From the NCBI GenBank assembly GCA_050255815.1, contig JBLMVJ010000020.1, positions 1-53,579 on the forward strand: a stretch of DNA of 53,579 nucleotides. Direction: 5' to 3'. Shown piece by piece: positions 8,796 to 17,573 of this stretch; the first letter of the stretch is position 1, and each line of letters starts with the position of its first letter. A program made the position numbers and the translations under genes. Origin of the DNA: Candidatus Levyibacteriota bacterium (GTDB lineage: Bacteria > Patescibacteriota > Microgenomatia > Levybacterales > GWA1-39-11). The notes below the pieces were generated by a model. It made no database searches, was not told the origin of the DNA, and saw only the letters and a list, made by a program, of their open reading frames with translations.

Positions 8796-9812
8796 CTATC
8801 TGGCTATAGCGTCCACGTAGGCCAGGAAATTATTTTTTCCGGTAAAAACTAAAATAGGCATGAGGTATTGTTGGTTATCATCAGTCCCCAAATAGTACCC
8901 CAGGTCAATACTGGTGATTTCAACGGAGGTACCGGGAGCAGGAGAGGCAATAAAACCTTTTCCGTTTTTCAAGTCCTCGTAGGCTACTTCAGACCTTTTT
9001 AGCGGATAAGTAGAAGAGGTGGTAAGGTCCGGTGTAAAATGATGGAATTGTCCTGAGACTACTTCAGGTCCGGTAGTAGGATTTGCAACTAATAAATAGA
9101 GCGGGGAAGTATTATACGTAGGGTAGTAGATAGCTTTTTCGTCTACCTGGTTTTGATAGAAATCAAGGCGGATAATTTGGCCGCTTGACTGGTCTGCGGG
9201 GGTAAGATTCGTGTTTACTATAGTATAGTAAGAAGTCTTTACGTTTTTCATATCTATATCTGAACGGTCAGCACTCAACGCATCCATTAAATCTGTTGTT
9301 GGTTTCAGGTAATCGGTTCCGGAATAAAGGGTTGAAGAAAAGGTTGGGTTGGTTGCAAAGTCAGACTCAACAGAAAAATTAAAGGATACAATATCATAGG
9401 TTAAAATATTATTTTTTCCCGGCTTACTCCATTTGTGTACCGTTGACGTTACAGACTGAAGGTAATTACCATATCCTGCATTTGCTGCTTTGTTCTTTGC
9501 ATTATTCAATGCCGTAATATTTACCGGATTTTGCTTTAGGGCATATACTTTTATGCGGTCCCCAAAACCCGGATACCCCCCCGTAACCGTATTTAGGGTA
9601 AACTCCGGTACTGCCTCATTTGATTTTGGGAAATCTATAGGCGGAAGCGCTCCAAATTTTTGTTCCGGAGGGGGTGCTTTAGGCGGATTCAAAATAGCCA
9701 TAAGCATGCTTCCGCCTTTGAAGAACATGAATATAATTATGGCTAAAACGCTGGCAGCACCGGCGATTTTTAAAATAATCCTGGTTTCTCTGGTGACTTG
9801 AGCAAGCGACAT
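8796..9812 (-). CDS. Hypothetical membrane-anchored extracytoplasmic protein
   Basis: Single N-terminal TM helix (ILKIAGAASVLAIIIFMFF), then a Pro-rich linker and a beta-rich domain. Start taken at the internal ATG (MSLAQV) to avoid overlapping gltX. Confidence 0.6.
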   Translation of the reverse strand: MSLAQVTRETRIILKIAGAASVLAIIIFMFFKGGSMLMAILNPPKAPPPEQKFGALPPIDFPKSNEAVPEFTLNTVTGGYPGFGDRIKVYALKQNPVNITALNNAKNKAANAGYGNYLQSVTSTVHKWSKPGKNNILTYDIVSFNFSVESDFATNPTFSSTLYSGTDYLKPTTDLMDALSADRSDIDMKNVKTSYYTIVNTNLTPADQSSGQIIRLDFYQNQVDEKAIYYPTYNTSPLYLLVANPTTGPEVVSGQFHHFTPDLTTSSTYPLKRSEVAYEDLKNGKGFIASPAPGTSVEITSIDLGYYLGTDDNQQYLMPILVFTGKNNFLAYVDAIAR

Positions 9813-9880
9813 ATTCTTATATCGGAGTTTTCCGATCTTACATTGAGTATATTGTAGAGCCTGTGATAAAATCAAGCTGT

Positions 9881-11098
9881 ATGAATAGTCAAGTACGTGT
9901 ACGTTTTGCGCCGAGTCCTACCGGAACCCTTCATGTAGGCGGTGTCAGGACCGCACTTTTTAATTATTTTCTTGCCAGGTCTACCGGTGGTGTCTTTATT
10001 CTCAGAATTGAAGATACAGACCAGGCAAGAAAGGTAGAAGGAGCAGTGGAGCAAATCCGGGAATCACTGCAGTGGCTGGGGGCTGACTGGGATGAATTAG
10101 TGACCCAATCCCAACGCCTTGATGTATACAAAAAATATGCTGATCAGCTGGTTTCAGAAGGAAAAGCAAAAGTAGATGAAGGGGCAATCAGATTTATTAC
10201 TCCTAAAGAAGGAATAACCGGCTGGACAGATGCAGTTGGGAATAAAGAAATTTCTTTTGCAAATAAAGATATTGAGGATTTTATTATTTTAAAAAAAGAC
10301 GGTTATCCTACTTACCACCTTGCAAATGTAGTAGACGACCACCTGATGGAAATTTCCCATGTAATCCGTGGAGAAGATTGGATTCCTTCAGCACCAAAGC
10401 ACCTTATGTTGTATAAGTCATTTGGCTGGAACCCGCCCATTTTTGCCCATGTCCCAAATATTTTAGGTACTGACGGGAAAAAGCTTTCAAAACGCAGGGG
10501 AGCAAAATCAGTCCTTGATTTTAAGCATGAAGGTTATTTGTCGGAAGCATTATTGAATTATTTGATGCTTTTAGGATGGTCTCCAAAAGATAATCGGGAA
10601 ATTTTGGGCCGGAATGAATTACAAAAAGAATTTAAGCTGGAAAATGTAAACTCAGCACCTGCAGTCTTTGATGAACGGAAGCTATTGTGGATGAATGGCG
10701 AATATATTAGGGAATTTAAAATTCAAGATTTAAAATTTAAAATTTTAGAATACGACCCACAGATTTCCTCCCTTCATCATTTTAATGAGTATTTGTCGCT
10801 GGCACAGACCAGGATGAAGACGCTTGCAGACTTTCGGGAACTTGCAGAAAATAAAAAAACAGAACTTTCTGAGAAACAAAAAGAACTGGCAAAAAATCTT
10901 ATTGAAGCATTTCAAAGTATCGCATGGAATAAGGATGAAATTCTAAAAACCGCATTTAATGTCCGGGATAACCTGGGCCTTTCTACAAAAGACTTATACG
11001 TCGTACTGACCGGAAAACCCCAGGGACTGCCGCTTGCAGAGAAGCTGGAAACTGACGGGCAGGAGGAGACAATAATTTTTCTCCAAAAACAAATATGA
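9881..11098 (+). CDS. gltX: Glutamate--tRNA ligase (short, 405 aa)
   Basis: VRVRFAPSPTGTLHVGGVRTALFNY (HIGH region), ILRIEDTDQAR, and KLSKRRG (KMSKS equivalent). Confidence 0.9.
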   Translation: MNSQVRVRFAPSPTGTLHVGGVRTALFNYFLARSTGGVFILRIEDTDQARKVEGAVEQIRESLQWLGADWDELVTQSQRLDVYKKYADQLVSEGKAKVDEGAIRFITPKEGITGWTDAVGNKEISFANKDIEDFIILKKDGYPTYHLANVVDDHLMEISHVIRGEDWIPSAPKHLMLYKSFGWNPPIFAHVPNILGTDGKKLSKRRGAKSVLDFKHEGYLSEALLNYLMLLGWSPKDNREILGRNELQKEFKLENVNSAPAVFDERKLLWMNGEYIREFKIQDLKFKILEYDPQISSLHHFNEYLSLAQTRMKTLADFRELAENKKTELSEKQKELAKNLIEAFQSIAWNKDEILKTAFNVRDNLGLSTKDLYVVLTGKPQGLPLAEKLETDGQEETIIFLQKQI

Positions 11099-11679
11099 TT
11101 AAACAGACTGCCCGGTTTATATCCTTCCTTTTCCACCCTTTTTTTATTGCAATTATTGCAACGTTTTTGATAGTTTTTAAAAATACCTCTAACCTGGTTA
11201 CGTCTTTAGAATGGTCTTTAGTAGCAGGACTATTTTCCCTTATTGTATTTATTTTTGAGTATTATGGTGTAAAAAAAGGATACTTTTCCAACTTTGATGT
11301 TTCCCGGAGGAGGCAACGTGCGCCGCTTTTTACCTTTGTTATTGTTACCATGCTGGCCTTTATACTCATGCTATTTGTCCTGCACGGCCCCATGCAGCTT
11401 ATTATAGGAGCAGCCTGTCTTACCGTAAGCATCCTGATTTTAAGTGTGGTGAACATGTGGGTAAAGGCTTCGGTGCATGTGGCTGGTATATCCGCATTCC
11501 TTCTTTCCATGGGAATAATTTATGGCGGATATGTTTACCTGGCAATATTCCTTATTCCTTTGGTCGCATGGTCCCGCGTAAAAATCCACCGGCATACTAT
11601 TCCGGAAGTGATTACGGGAGGATGTTTGGGAATTTTTCTGACCATGCTTTCATACCTTGTGGTACAATATTTACATTAG
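11095..11679 (+). CDS. PAP2-superfamily-like integral membrane protein
   Basis: Six predicted TM helices. C-terminal SRVKIHRHTIPE fits the SRxxxxxHxxx(D/E) phosphatase motif, with an upstream SVH. ATGA overlap with the gltX stop. Confidence 0.55.
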   Translation: MIKQTARFISFLFHPFFIAIIATFLIVFKNTSNLVTSLEWSLVAGLFSLIVFIFEYYGVKKGYFSNFDVSRRRQRAPLFTFVIVTMLAFILMLFVLHGPMQLIIGAACLTVSILILSVVNMWVKASVHVAGISAFLLSMGIIYGGYVYLAIFLIPLVAWSRVKIHRHTIPEVITGGCLGIFLTMLSYLVVQYLH

Positions 11680-11681
11680 TT

Positions 11682-12050
11682 ATGGTTATTTTTAAATCAT
11701 TTAAATACGCATCTGAAGGAATTGTCTATGCAATTTACCATAACCTCAATATGAGGATCCACATTCTTGCGGCTATCCTGGTGATTGCTGCAAGCATCTA
11801 TTTTGATGTAACTCCTTTTGAGATGGGAATTTTAGGTACCATGATACTTTTGGTGATCTGTACCGAAATGATTAATACTTCGCTTGAAGAAATGACGGAT
11901 CTAATTACTATGGAGCATAGGAAAGAAGCAAAGCATGCAAAGGATGTAGCTGCCGGGATGGTGTTAGTGAGCAGTATTGGATCTATTATTGTGGGAGTCC
12001 TTATTTTTCTTCCCCATATTCTGCGTATTTTTGAACATCCCGTCCGTTAG
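11682..12050 (+). CDS. dgkA: Diacylglycerol/undecaprenol kinase (DgkA family)
   Basis: 122 aa from ATG 11682. FKYASEGIVYA...N.RIH, EMINTSLE and AKDVAAGMVL are typical of prokaryotic DAGK. Confidence 0.8.
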   Translation: MVIFKSFKYASEGIVYAIYHNLNMRIHILAAILVIAASIYFDVTPFEMGILGTMILLVICTEMINTSLEEMTDLITMEHRKEAKHAKDVAAGMVLVSSIGSIIVGVLIFLPHILRIFEHPVR

Positions 12051-12307
12051 TTTTCAGAATCCCCTGATTTGGAATGCGCGGTGGTAAGTGCTAAAATCTC
12101 AGAAAGTTTTTTTACAAATTTTTTTGCATGGTCTTTACTCATACCAATCCTGCTTACCACCTGGAACTGGTTTTGGCCAGCACCTTTCTGGCAAACATCT
12201 ATAATTACCCCGTCTTCATTAACGTTCATAAAAACCATATCCGTGTAAAGGATAGGCAGATTTTGTGGAAGGCTCACTTGTATATTTTGTTCTTCCAGTT
12301 TTTTCAT
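12047..12307 (-). CDS. Hypothetical small protein (possibly DUF3467-like)
   Basis: 86 aa. Pattern LYTDMVFMNVNEDGVIIDV....VVSRIGMSKDHAKKFVKKL. Weak recognition only. Confidence 0.45.
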   Translation of the reverse strand: MKKLEEQNIQVSLPQNLPILYTDMVFMNVNEDGVIIDVCQKGAGQNQFQVVSRIGMSKDHAKKFVKKLSEILALTTAHSKSGDSEN

Positions 12308-12316
12308 AATATGTAA

Positions 12317-12670
12317 TTATAACACTTTTGAGCCCGCAGGGATCTCTTTTTCCGGATGCAGGAGAACCGGAGTTCCATTGTCATCCGCTGCCAGGATCAT
12401 TCCCTGGCTCTCTATACCCCTGAACGTTTTTGGCTGTAAATTTGTCACAACCGGAATCATCTTTCCTATAAAATACTCAGGCTGGAAGAATTCGCGGATT
12501 GCCGTGAGAACCGTTCTTTGTTCTTCCCCAAAATCTATGGTAAGCTTTATAAGCTTGTCGGTCTCAGGAACTGCTTCAGCTGCAGTAACTTTGCCAATTT
12601 TTATTTCAATTTTTTTGAAGTCAGCTATATCTATCATTCCTTCTATTCTACCATATTTATCAGGCCTCAA
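12317..12670 (-). CDS. Free-standing tRNA-binding domain protein (Trbp111/CsaA/EMAP-like OB fold)
   Basis: IKIGKVTAAEAVPETDKLIKLTIDFGEEQRTVLTAI...VTNLQPKTFRGIESQGMILAA. The start is uncertain (TTG 12670 or ATG 12637). Confidence 0.8.
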   Translation of the reverse strand: MRPDKYGRIEGMIDIADFKKIEIKIGKVTAAEAVPETDKLIKLTIDFGEEQRTVLTAIREFFQPEYFIGKMIPVVTNLQPKTFRGIESQGMILAADDNGTPVLLHPEKEIPAGSKVL

Positions 12671-12722
12671 ATCATTTTTAAGTTTTACCGTTTAGATTTT
12701 TGAAAACTGCTATAATGAATGT

Positions 12723-13718
12723 ATGGAGCGGGTAGAAACCGGTTTGAAACACCACATCCTCAAGAACCATATTATTGTAGCCCTTCTTTTTGTCCTTTCA
12801 TTATGGTTCATTGTGCAGCTTCGTGAAATTCTGGTAATCCTTTTCATGGGTTACATTCTCATGGTTGCGCTGCTTCCCTATGTAGAATTTTTAGTTAAGC
12901 ATAAAATCCCCAGAGCTTTGGCAGCAGGTATAGTGTATTTTGTTGTCCTTGCGGTGGTAGCTCTTTTAATAGTCCCTCTTATTCCCTTTTTCTCAACTCA
13001 ATTCCAGTCGCTTATTCGCTCTTTTCCCGCATACCTGAATGGTATTTTAAAATTGTTACGAGTTGAGATGAATCCTTCCCAGATTCAGGCATTTATTGTA
13101 TCCCAACTAAATGCTATTGGTTCCAGCGCTTTTGCCGTGACAGGAGCAATATTAGGTACTGTATTTTCAACTTTCCTTGTTTTTGTTATTAGTTTTTACT
13201 TAACCCTAGATTATGAACGGATGAAACGGGAGCTGAGTCTCCTGTTCCCTAAAAACCAAAAAGAAAAAATGATGGATATTTTAATGCAGGTTGAAGATAA
13301 ACTGGGCGCATGGTTTAGGGGTCAAATTGTGCTATGTTTTTCAATAGGCTTACTTACCTGGATAGCATTATCAATTATTAATTTTCCGTTTGCACTCCCC
13401 CTGGCACTTTTGGCAGGTCTTTTAGAGATTATTCCAACCATAGGCCCTATCCTTTCTGCGGTTCCGGCTGCTATAGTTGCCCTTTCTATCTCACCCGGTA
13501 TGACATTTCTGGTGATCCTTATTTACATAGGGATTCAGGCCCTGGAAAATAATCTCTTTGTTCCCAAAATAATGCAGCGGGCAGTAGGATTAAATCCTAT
13601 TCTTATTATTATAGGAATCAGTGTGGGGGCGACCCTTATGGGGATTATTGGAGCCTTGTTATCTATTCCTTTTATTGCTATGCTCATCATTATTATCAGA
13701 AATATTTCTGAAGAATAG
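12723..13718 (+). CDS. AI-2E family transporter (PerM/UPF0118)
   Basis: 331 aa, about 8 TM helices. Signature LLAGLLEIIPTIGPILSAVPAAIVAL and LENNLFVPKIM. Confidence 0.85.
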   Translation: MERVETGLKHHILKNHIIVALLFVLSLWFIVQLREILVILFMGYILMVALLPYVEFLVKHKIPRALAAGIVYFVVLAVVALLIVPLIPFFSTQFQSLIRSFPAYLNGILKLLRVEMNPSQIQAFIVSQLNAIGSSAFAVTGAILGTVFSTFLVFVISFYLTLDYERMKRELSLLFPKNQKEKMMDILMQVEDKLGAWFRGQIVLCFSIGLLTWIALSIINFPFALPLALLAGLLEIIPTIGPILSAVPAAIVALSISPGMTFLVILIYIGIQALENNLFVPKIMQRAVGLNPILIIIGISVGATLMGIIGALLSIPFIAMLIIIIRNISEE

Positions 13719-13737
13719 TAATGTGTAATTTAGCCCC

Positions 13738-13765
13738 TTGATTCCATCTTTTTCTTTGTTATAAT
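13738..13765 (+). promoter_or_regulatory. Candidate sigma70-type promoter
   Basis: TTGATT (13738-13743), N16, TATAAT (13760-13765), 40 nt upstream of the wHTH gene. Confidence 0.4.
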
Positions 13766-13804
13766 TCCATAAGAACTGCCTCATAATCCTCTGCCTTTTT
13801 CTAC

Positions 13805-14086
13805 ATGGAACTTATTTTAGATACGAAAAAAAGGACGGTCACCAGGGGTGGAAGAACTATTAAGTTGTCCCCACGGGAAATGAATTTGCTTTCTTATTTT
13901 ATCCGCAATAAAAATAATATAGTTGACAGAAAAAATCTCCTCATTAATATTTGGAATTATGCGCCTGATATTGATACGCGGGTAGTAGATGTATATGTGG
14001 GATATCTGCGAAGAAAGATTGATAGCGGATATTCAAAAAAACTAATACATTCCGTACGCGGCTTAGGGTACCTCTTTAAAGAATAG
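13805..14086 (+). CDS. Stand-alone OmpR/PhoB-type winged-helix DNA-binding domain protein (no receiver domain)
   Basis: 93 aa. IKLSPREMNLLSYF, VVDVYVGYLRRKID and IHSVRGLGYLF match only the Trans_reg_C effector domain. Confidence 0.75.
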   Translation: MELILDTKKRTVTRGGRTIKLSPREMNLLSYFIRNKNNIVDRKNLLINIWNYAPDIDTRVVDVYVGYLRRKIDSGYSKKLIHSVRGLGYLFKE

Positions 14087-14106
14087 TATCTACTTGCTGA
14101 AAATGA

Positions 14107-14136
14107 AAACGAGCAAACCACAAGGCTTGCTCGTTT
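14107..14136 (-). terminator. Intrinsic terminator downstream of the 62-aa gene
   Basis: On the minus strand: AAACGAGCAAGCC-TTGT-GGTTTGCTCGTTT followed by TCATTTT. The stem needs one G-U pair on the minus strand but an A-C mismatch on the plus strand. Confidence 0.55.
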
Positions 14137-14159
14137 CCGGTTTCGAAACCAAAATTCCC

Positions 14160-14348
14160 TTACATTCCAGGAGCCGCCGGAGGTGTTCCTCCTCCCATAT
14201 CAGTTCCTCCTGTTGAAGGTTCCGGTGTTGGGGCTGCTGGTTCCGGAGCTGCAGGCATTCCTCCGCCCATGTCTGGTACTGGAGCTGCTGGTTCCGGAGC
14301 CGGAGGAGTCTGTGCAGGCATTCCGCCTTGGTTTTGTGTATCATCCAT
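14160..14348 (-). CDS. Pro/Ala/Gly-rich repetitive 62-aa protein
   Basis: GGAGGTG sits 10 nt upstream of the ATG and a terminator lies 24 nt after the stop. Internal repeats GGMPAxxPxAPEPAAP and DMGGG. Confidence 0.5.
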   Translation of the reverse strand: MDDTQNQGGMPAQTPPAPEPAAPVPDMGGGMPAAPEPAAPTPEPSTGGTDMGGGTPPAAPGM

Positions 14349-14429
14349 TATTCATATTCACCTCCCCTATTTACTTACCATTTCATTGTTTCATAATTTA
14401 AAACACTACGCAAGACAACTGGGTAACTC

Positions 14430-16130
14430 TTACTTTTTATCAAGCTTTGATTGAATCGCATCTATAACTTGTTGGGTGGTTAGCGTAGGAAACAACTTAT
14501 AAGATTTTTGTGCTTCGCCCAGGGCCTCCGGAAGCTTGCCCATATTGTAATGTGCCAGGGAAAGTGTGATCCATAATTTTGCTGATAAAGGATATTTTTG
14601 TATTGCCTTTCTTATAAAAGTTTCCGCTTCCTTATTTTTACTCGAGAGTACTAGGACCCGGGCAATATTTTCGTACATAGGAAGACGGTCATTTAAGGAT
14701 AATGCCTTTTTATAATATAAGTAAGCATTATGGTAATTCTCATTATGTTCCTCAATAGTGCCCAGGTTGTTTACCGCTATCCATAAATGAGGTTCTATAT
14801 TTAAAGCTTGTCTAAAATGGACTTGGGCCTGCATAATATTGCCCGCTTTAAAATATTCGTCTCCTAAATTATTCTCCAAAAGCGCGCTTTGTGAAGTTTT
14901 TGCATCAGCTGCGTAGAGAGTAAAAGCGTCTTTCCATTGGGTATTTCTAACCATAGTCCTGAGCGAGAATATGAAGCATAGAAATATAAGGCTCAAAAAA
15001 ATAACCTGTTCTTTTTTAGGAAAGCGTTGAATTCCCAGGTTTATCATGATTCCTATTAAACCTATAATTCCAACTGATGAGAAATAAAACCATCTGGTAG
15101 CAACAGTTGCATCAAGCGGGATGATTTGCAGATGCGGAATAATCCCTAATAAAAACCAAAACAAGAAAAAAATGAATAATTTAGATTCTGTAAAGTGCTT
15201 CTTTACCAAACGGATATAGAAAAGACAAAGAGACCCTAAAAATATCACAGTAAGGAAAAAAGGAAGCAAGAATGTTCCCAAATTAAAAGTATGTATGACC
15301 CATTGTTGAGTAAAGCCTAAATTGTCCGGATAGAAAAACGTTTTTATATAGTAGAAAAAGATAATAGGTATATGGAGGAGCCTATTGAAAAACGGGACTT
15401 TTGCAAAAGGAGGCGGTTCAATCCAAAATATATTCGTACTTTGGGAAGAAAACCTTAACATTATATATAAGAAAACTGCACCAAAAATAGAGAAAAGTAT
15501 TTTTTTTATATTTTTCTTTTTAAAGAAAAGGAAATTGCAGAAAGCGATAATGGAAAAAAGGATGCCAGTTTCTTTTGATAACAGGGAAAGCAAAAGCAGG
15601 ATAGAAAGGAGCAGGTATTGTTTACCGGAAAGATTTTTCTTCAAGCTTAGTAATAATGCGGACATACCAAAGAAGAAAAAAAGAACGTCCTGAATATTTG
15701 AGACGTAAACAGCGTTCTCCTGGTTTATGGGGTGGATTAAAAAAAGTATTGCAAGAAGGTATGATAAATTTTTCTTCAGGAATTTTGAAAATAATATATA
15801 AACAAGGAAGGCATTTATGGTAACCAGAATGATTTGGATAAAATGGAAAATAAAGGGGTTTGGGCCAAAAAACAAACGAAGTGAATAGATATAAAAAAGC
15901 ATAAGGGGTTTATAATAGCCGGAAAGAAGGGGACCGGCTTCTAAAACCTGATGATGGTAGAAAAAAACTTTGAAGAGGTCAAAAAAAGAATTAACCAGGG
16001 CATAATTATAAACCTGATCCATATCATCACCTACAAAACCGGATGAAAAAGTTTGCAGATAGACGAAGCAAGAAATAAGAAGCAGAATAAGAAAAAACCT
16101 TTTGCTCTCTATTTTTTTAAAGAGGCTCAT
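14430..16130 (-). CDS. TMTC/PMT-like GT-C membrane glycosyltransferase with C-terminal TPR repeats
   Basis: 566 aa. N-terminal FSSGFVGDDMDQV motif, then about 11 TM helices. The C-terminal 170 aa carry TPR-like repeats (AQVHFRQALNIEP, AYLYYKKALSLN, ALGEAQKSYKLFP). Confidence 0.7.
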   Translation of the reverse strand: MSLFKKIESKRFFLILLLISCFVYLQTFSSGFVGDDMDQVYNYALVNSFFDLFKVFFYHHQVLEAGPLLSGYYKPLMLFYIYSLRLFFGPNPFIFHFIQIILVTINAFLVYILFSKFLKKNLSYLLAILFLIHPINQENAVYVSNIQDVLFFFFGMSALLLSLKKNLSGKQYLLLSILLLLSLLSKETGILFSIIAFCNFLFFKKKNIKKILFSIFGAVFLYIMLRFSSQSTNIFWIEPPPFAKVPFFNRLLHIPIIFFYYIKTFFYPDNLGFTQQWVIHTFNLGTFLLPFFLTVIFLGSLCLFYIRLVKKHFTESKLFIFFLFWFLLGIIPHLQIIPLDATVATRWFYFSSVGIIGLIGIMINLGIQRFPKKEQVIFLSLIFLCFIFSLRTMVRNTQWKDAFTLYAADAKTSQSALLENNLGDEYFKAGNIMQAQVHFRQALNIEPHLWIAVNNLGTIEEHNENYHNAYLYYKKALSLNDRLPMYENIARVLVLSSKNKEAETFIRKAIQKYPLSAKLWITLSLAHYNMGKLPEALGEAQKSYKLFPTLTTQQVIDAIQSKLDKK

Positions 16131-16264
16131 GACATTCTAACTATACCAAATCAGCCGTGAAATATCTTGCAGTCCTCTTACTGTATTTTGACTGCTGGCT
16201 TAAACTGAACCGCTACCATTCTGTATATGAATACAAAGAGGAATCTGAAGGGAGGTGTTTATAT

Positions 16265-16510
16265 ATGGGGATACTTTTGTGGATAATCTTCGGAGCATTG
16301 GCAGGATGGTTAGCGTCTATTGTGATGAAAAGCTCACAGGGAATATTTGGCGACATCATTTTGGGAATATTAGGTGCAGTGGTTGGCGGACTCATTATGA
16401 GTTTCTTCGGCCAGGCAGGGGTAACCGGTTTTAATGTATATAGTCTTTTGGTCGCAATTATTGGAGCAGTAGTGCTGATTTGGTTAGGAAGAGTGTTCTA
16501 TAGAACATAG
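16265..16510 (+). CDS. GlsB/YeaQ/YmgE family (transglycosylase-associated) small membrane protein
   Basis: 81 aa from ATG 16265, preceded by GGGAGGTG. IIFGALAGWLASIVM...GDIILGILGAVVGG is typical of the family. Confidence 0.8.
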   Translation: MGILLWIIFGALAGWLASIVMKSSQGIFGDIILGILGAVVGGLIMSFFGQAGVTGFNVYSLLVAIIGAVVLIWLGRVFYRT

Positions 16511-16586
16511 GCTTGCAGTATTTTGATCTAATACTTACCTTTTTGTCTATCTTGAAAATACCCTGAGTAAATGGTTAAAAAAAGGT

Positions 16587-17573
16587 ATGTTAAAATTCCT
16601 GTCCAAATGGAAGGTTACCCTTCTTTTTAGCTGCTTCCTTTTAGGTGGAATAAGCTTATGTATAACCATTCACCCCTTCCAGATAAACGCTGCCGCTTCT
16701 CATGTTGTTATCTCTGAGGTACAAATAAGCGGGAAAACTGCTACTGATGAATTTATAGAAATATATAATCCAACTTCTTCTTCAATAAATTTAGGCGGCT
16801 GGAAGCTCAAGCACGCTATCCCAAGCGGAACCGTATCAGGTCTGGTCGCAAATATTTCCGGAACAATTGCTTCCCACGGATATTTCCTGGTTTCTTCACC
16901 TAATTATTCAGGAAACGTACTTCCGGATCAATTATATTCTTCTTCCGGTTATTCAATTACTGACAATAACACGATTCTATTATTTGATAATAATGAGGTG
17001 CTAATTGATAAAGTTGGGATGGGGACTGCAACTGATAAGGAGGGTGAGGGGTCAGCGCCAAATCCTTCAAACGGAATGAGTATAGAGCGGAAATCCTTCT
17101 TTTCTTCTGACTTAGAATCAATGGTGCATGGTGGTATTGATGAATTTTCAGGAAACGGAGAAGATACTGACAATAATGTGGAAGATTTTATTTTAAGAGG
17201 AGCTTCTGAACCTCAAAATAGTCTTTCAATAAAAGAGCCATGGGATCTTACCCCTACGCCTACTTCTACACCTGTTCCTACTTCTACGCCAACACCTATC
17301 CCAACAAGTGCCCCGGTTCCTACTAATACCCCAACTCCTACACCTATCCTGCAAATTCAACCAACAGCAACTACAATACCGCTTCCTACCGTTACGCCAA
17401 CTCCTAAGACGTTTCCTGGTGCGGGACCCACCATAACGCCTATTAATCTACGGATAGTACCGGCAGTAATGAGGCCTCATCTGATATGTATCCCAAAAAC
17501 ATTGGTACTGCGTGTTTTATATCTGGCATTTCCAGTTCAGATTCCTTCCTGCAGGTTAACCTTCATGAGGTGA
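16587..17573 (+). CDS. Secreted lamin-tail-domain (LTD) protein with a Pro/Thr-rich tail
   Basis: Signal/TM N-terminus, VVISEVQISGKTATDEFIEIYNPTSSSINLGGWKL (LTD signature), then a PTPT linker. The atypical C-terminus overlaps the HAD gene by 18 nt. Confidence 0.7.
   Translation: MLKFLSKWKVTLLFSCFLLGGISLCITIHPFQINAAASHVVISEVQISGKTATDEFIEIYNPTSSSINLGGWKLKHAIPSGTVSGLVANISGTIASHGYFLVSSPNYSGNVLPDQLYSSSGYSITDNNTILLFDNNEVLIDKVGMGTATDKEGEGSAPNPSNGMSIERKSFFSSDLESMVHGGIDEFSGNGEDTDNNVEDFILRGASEPQNSLSIKEPWDLTPTPTSTPVPTSTPTPIPTSAPVPTNTPTPTPILQIQPTATTIPLPTVTPTPKTFPGAGPTITPINLRIVPAVMRPHLICIPKTLVLRVLYLAFPVQIPSCRLTFMR

Noticed and set aside
11457-11681. N-terminal 75-codon extension of the dgkA ORF overlapping the PAP2-like gene
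   Set aside because: The extension overlaps the preceding gene in another frame and has odd composition. The DgkA homology starts at ATG 11682, 2 nt after the upstream stop.
14090-14344. Alternative 84-aa frame (and two plus-strand ORFs) at the Pro/Ala-rich locus
   Set aside because: The 84-aa frame reads through the terminator hairpin at 14107-14136. The 62-aa frame stops before that hairpin and has the better-spaced Shine-Dalgarno sequence. The plus-strand ORFs lack any start signal.
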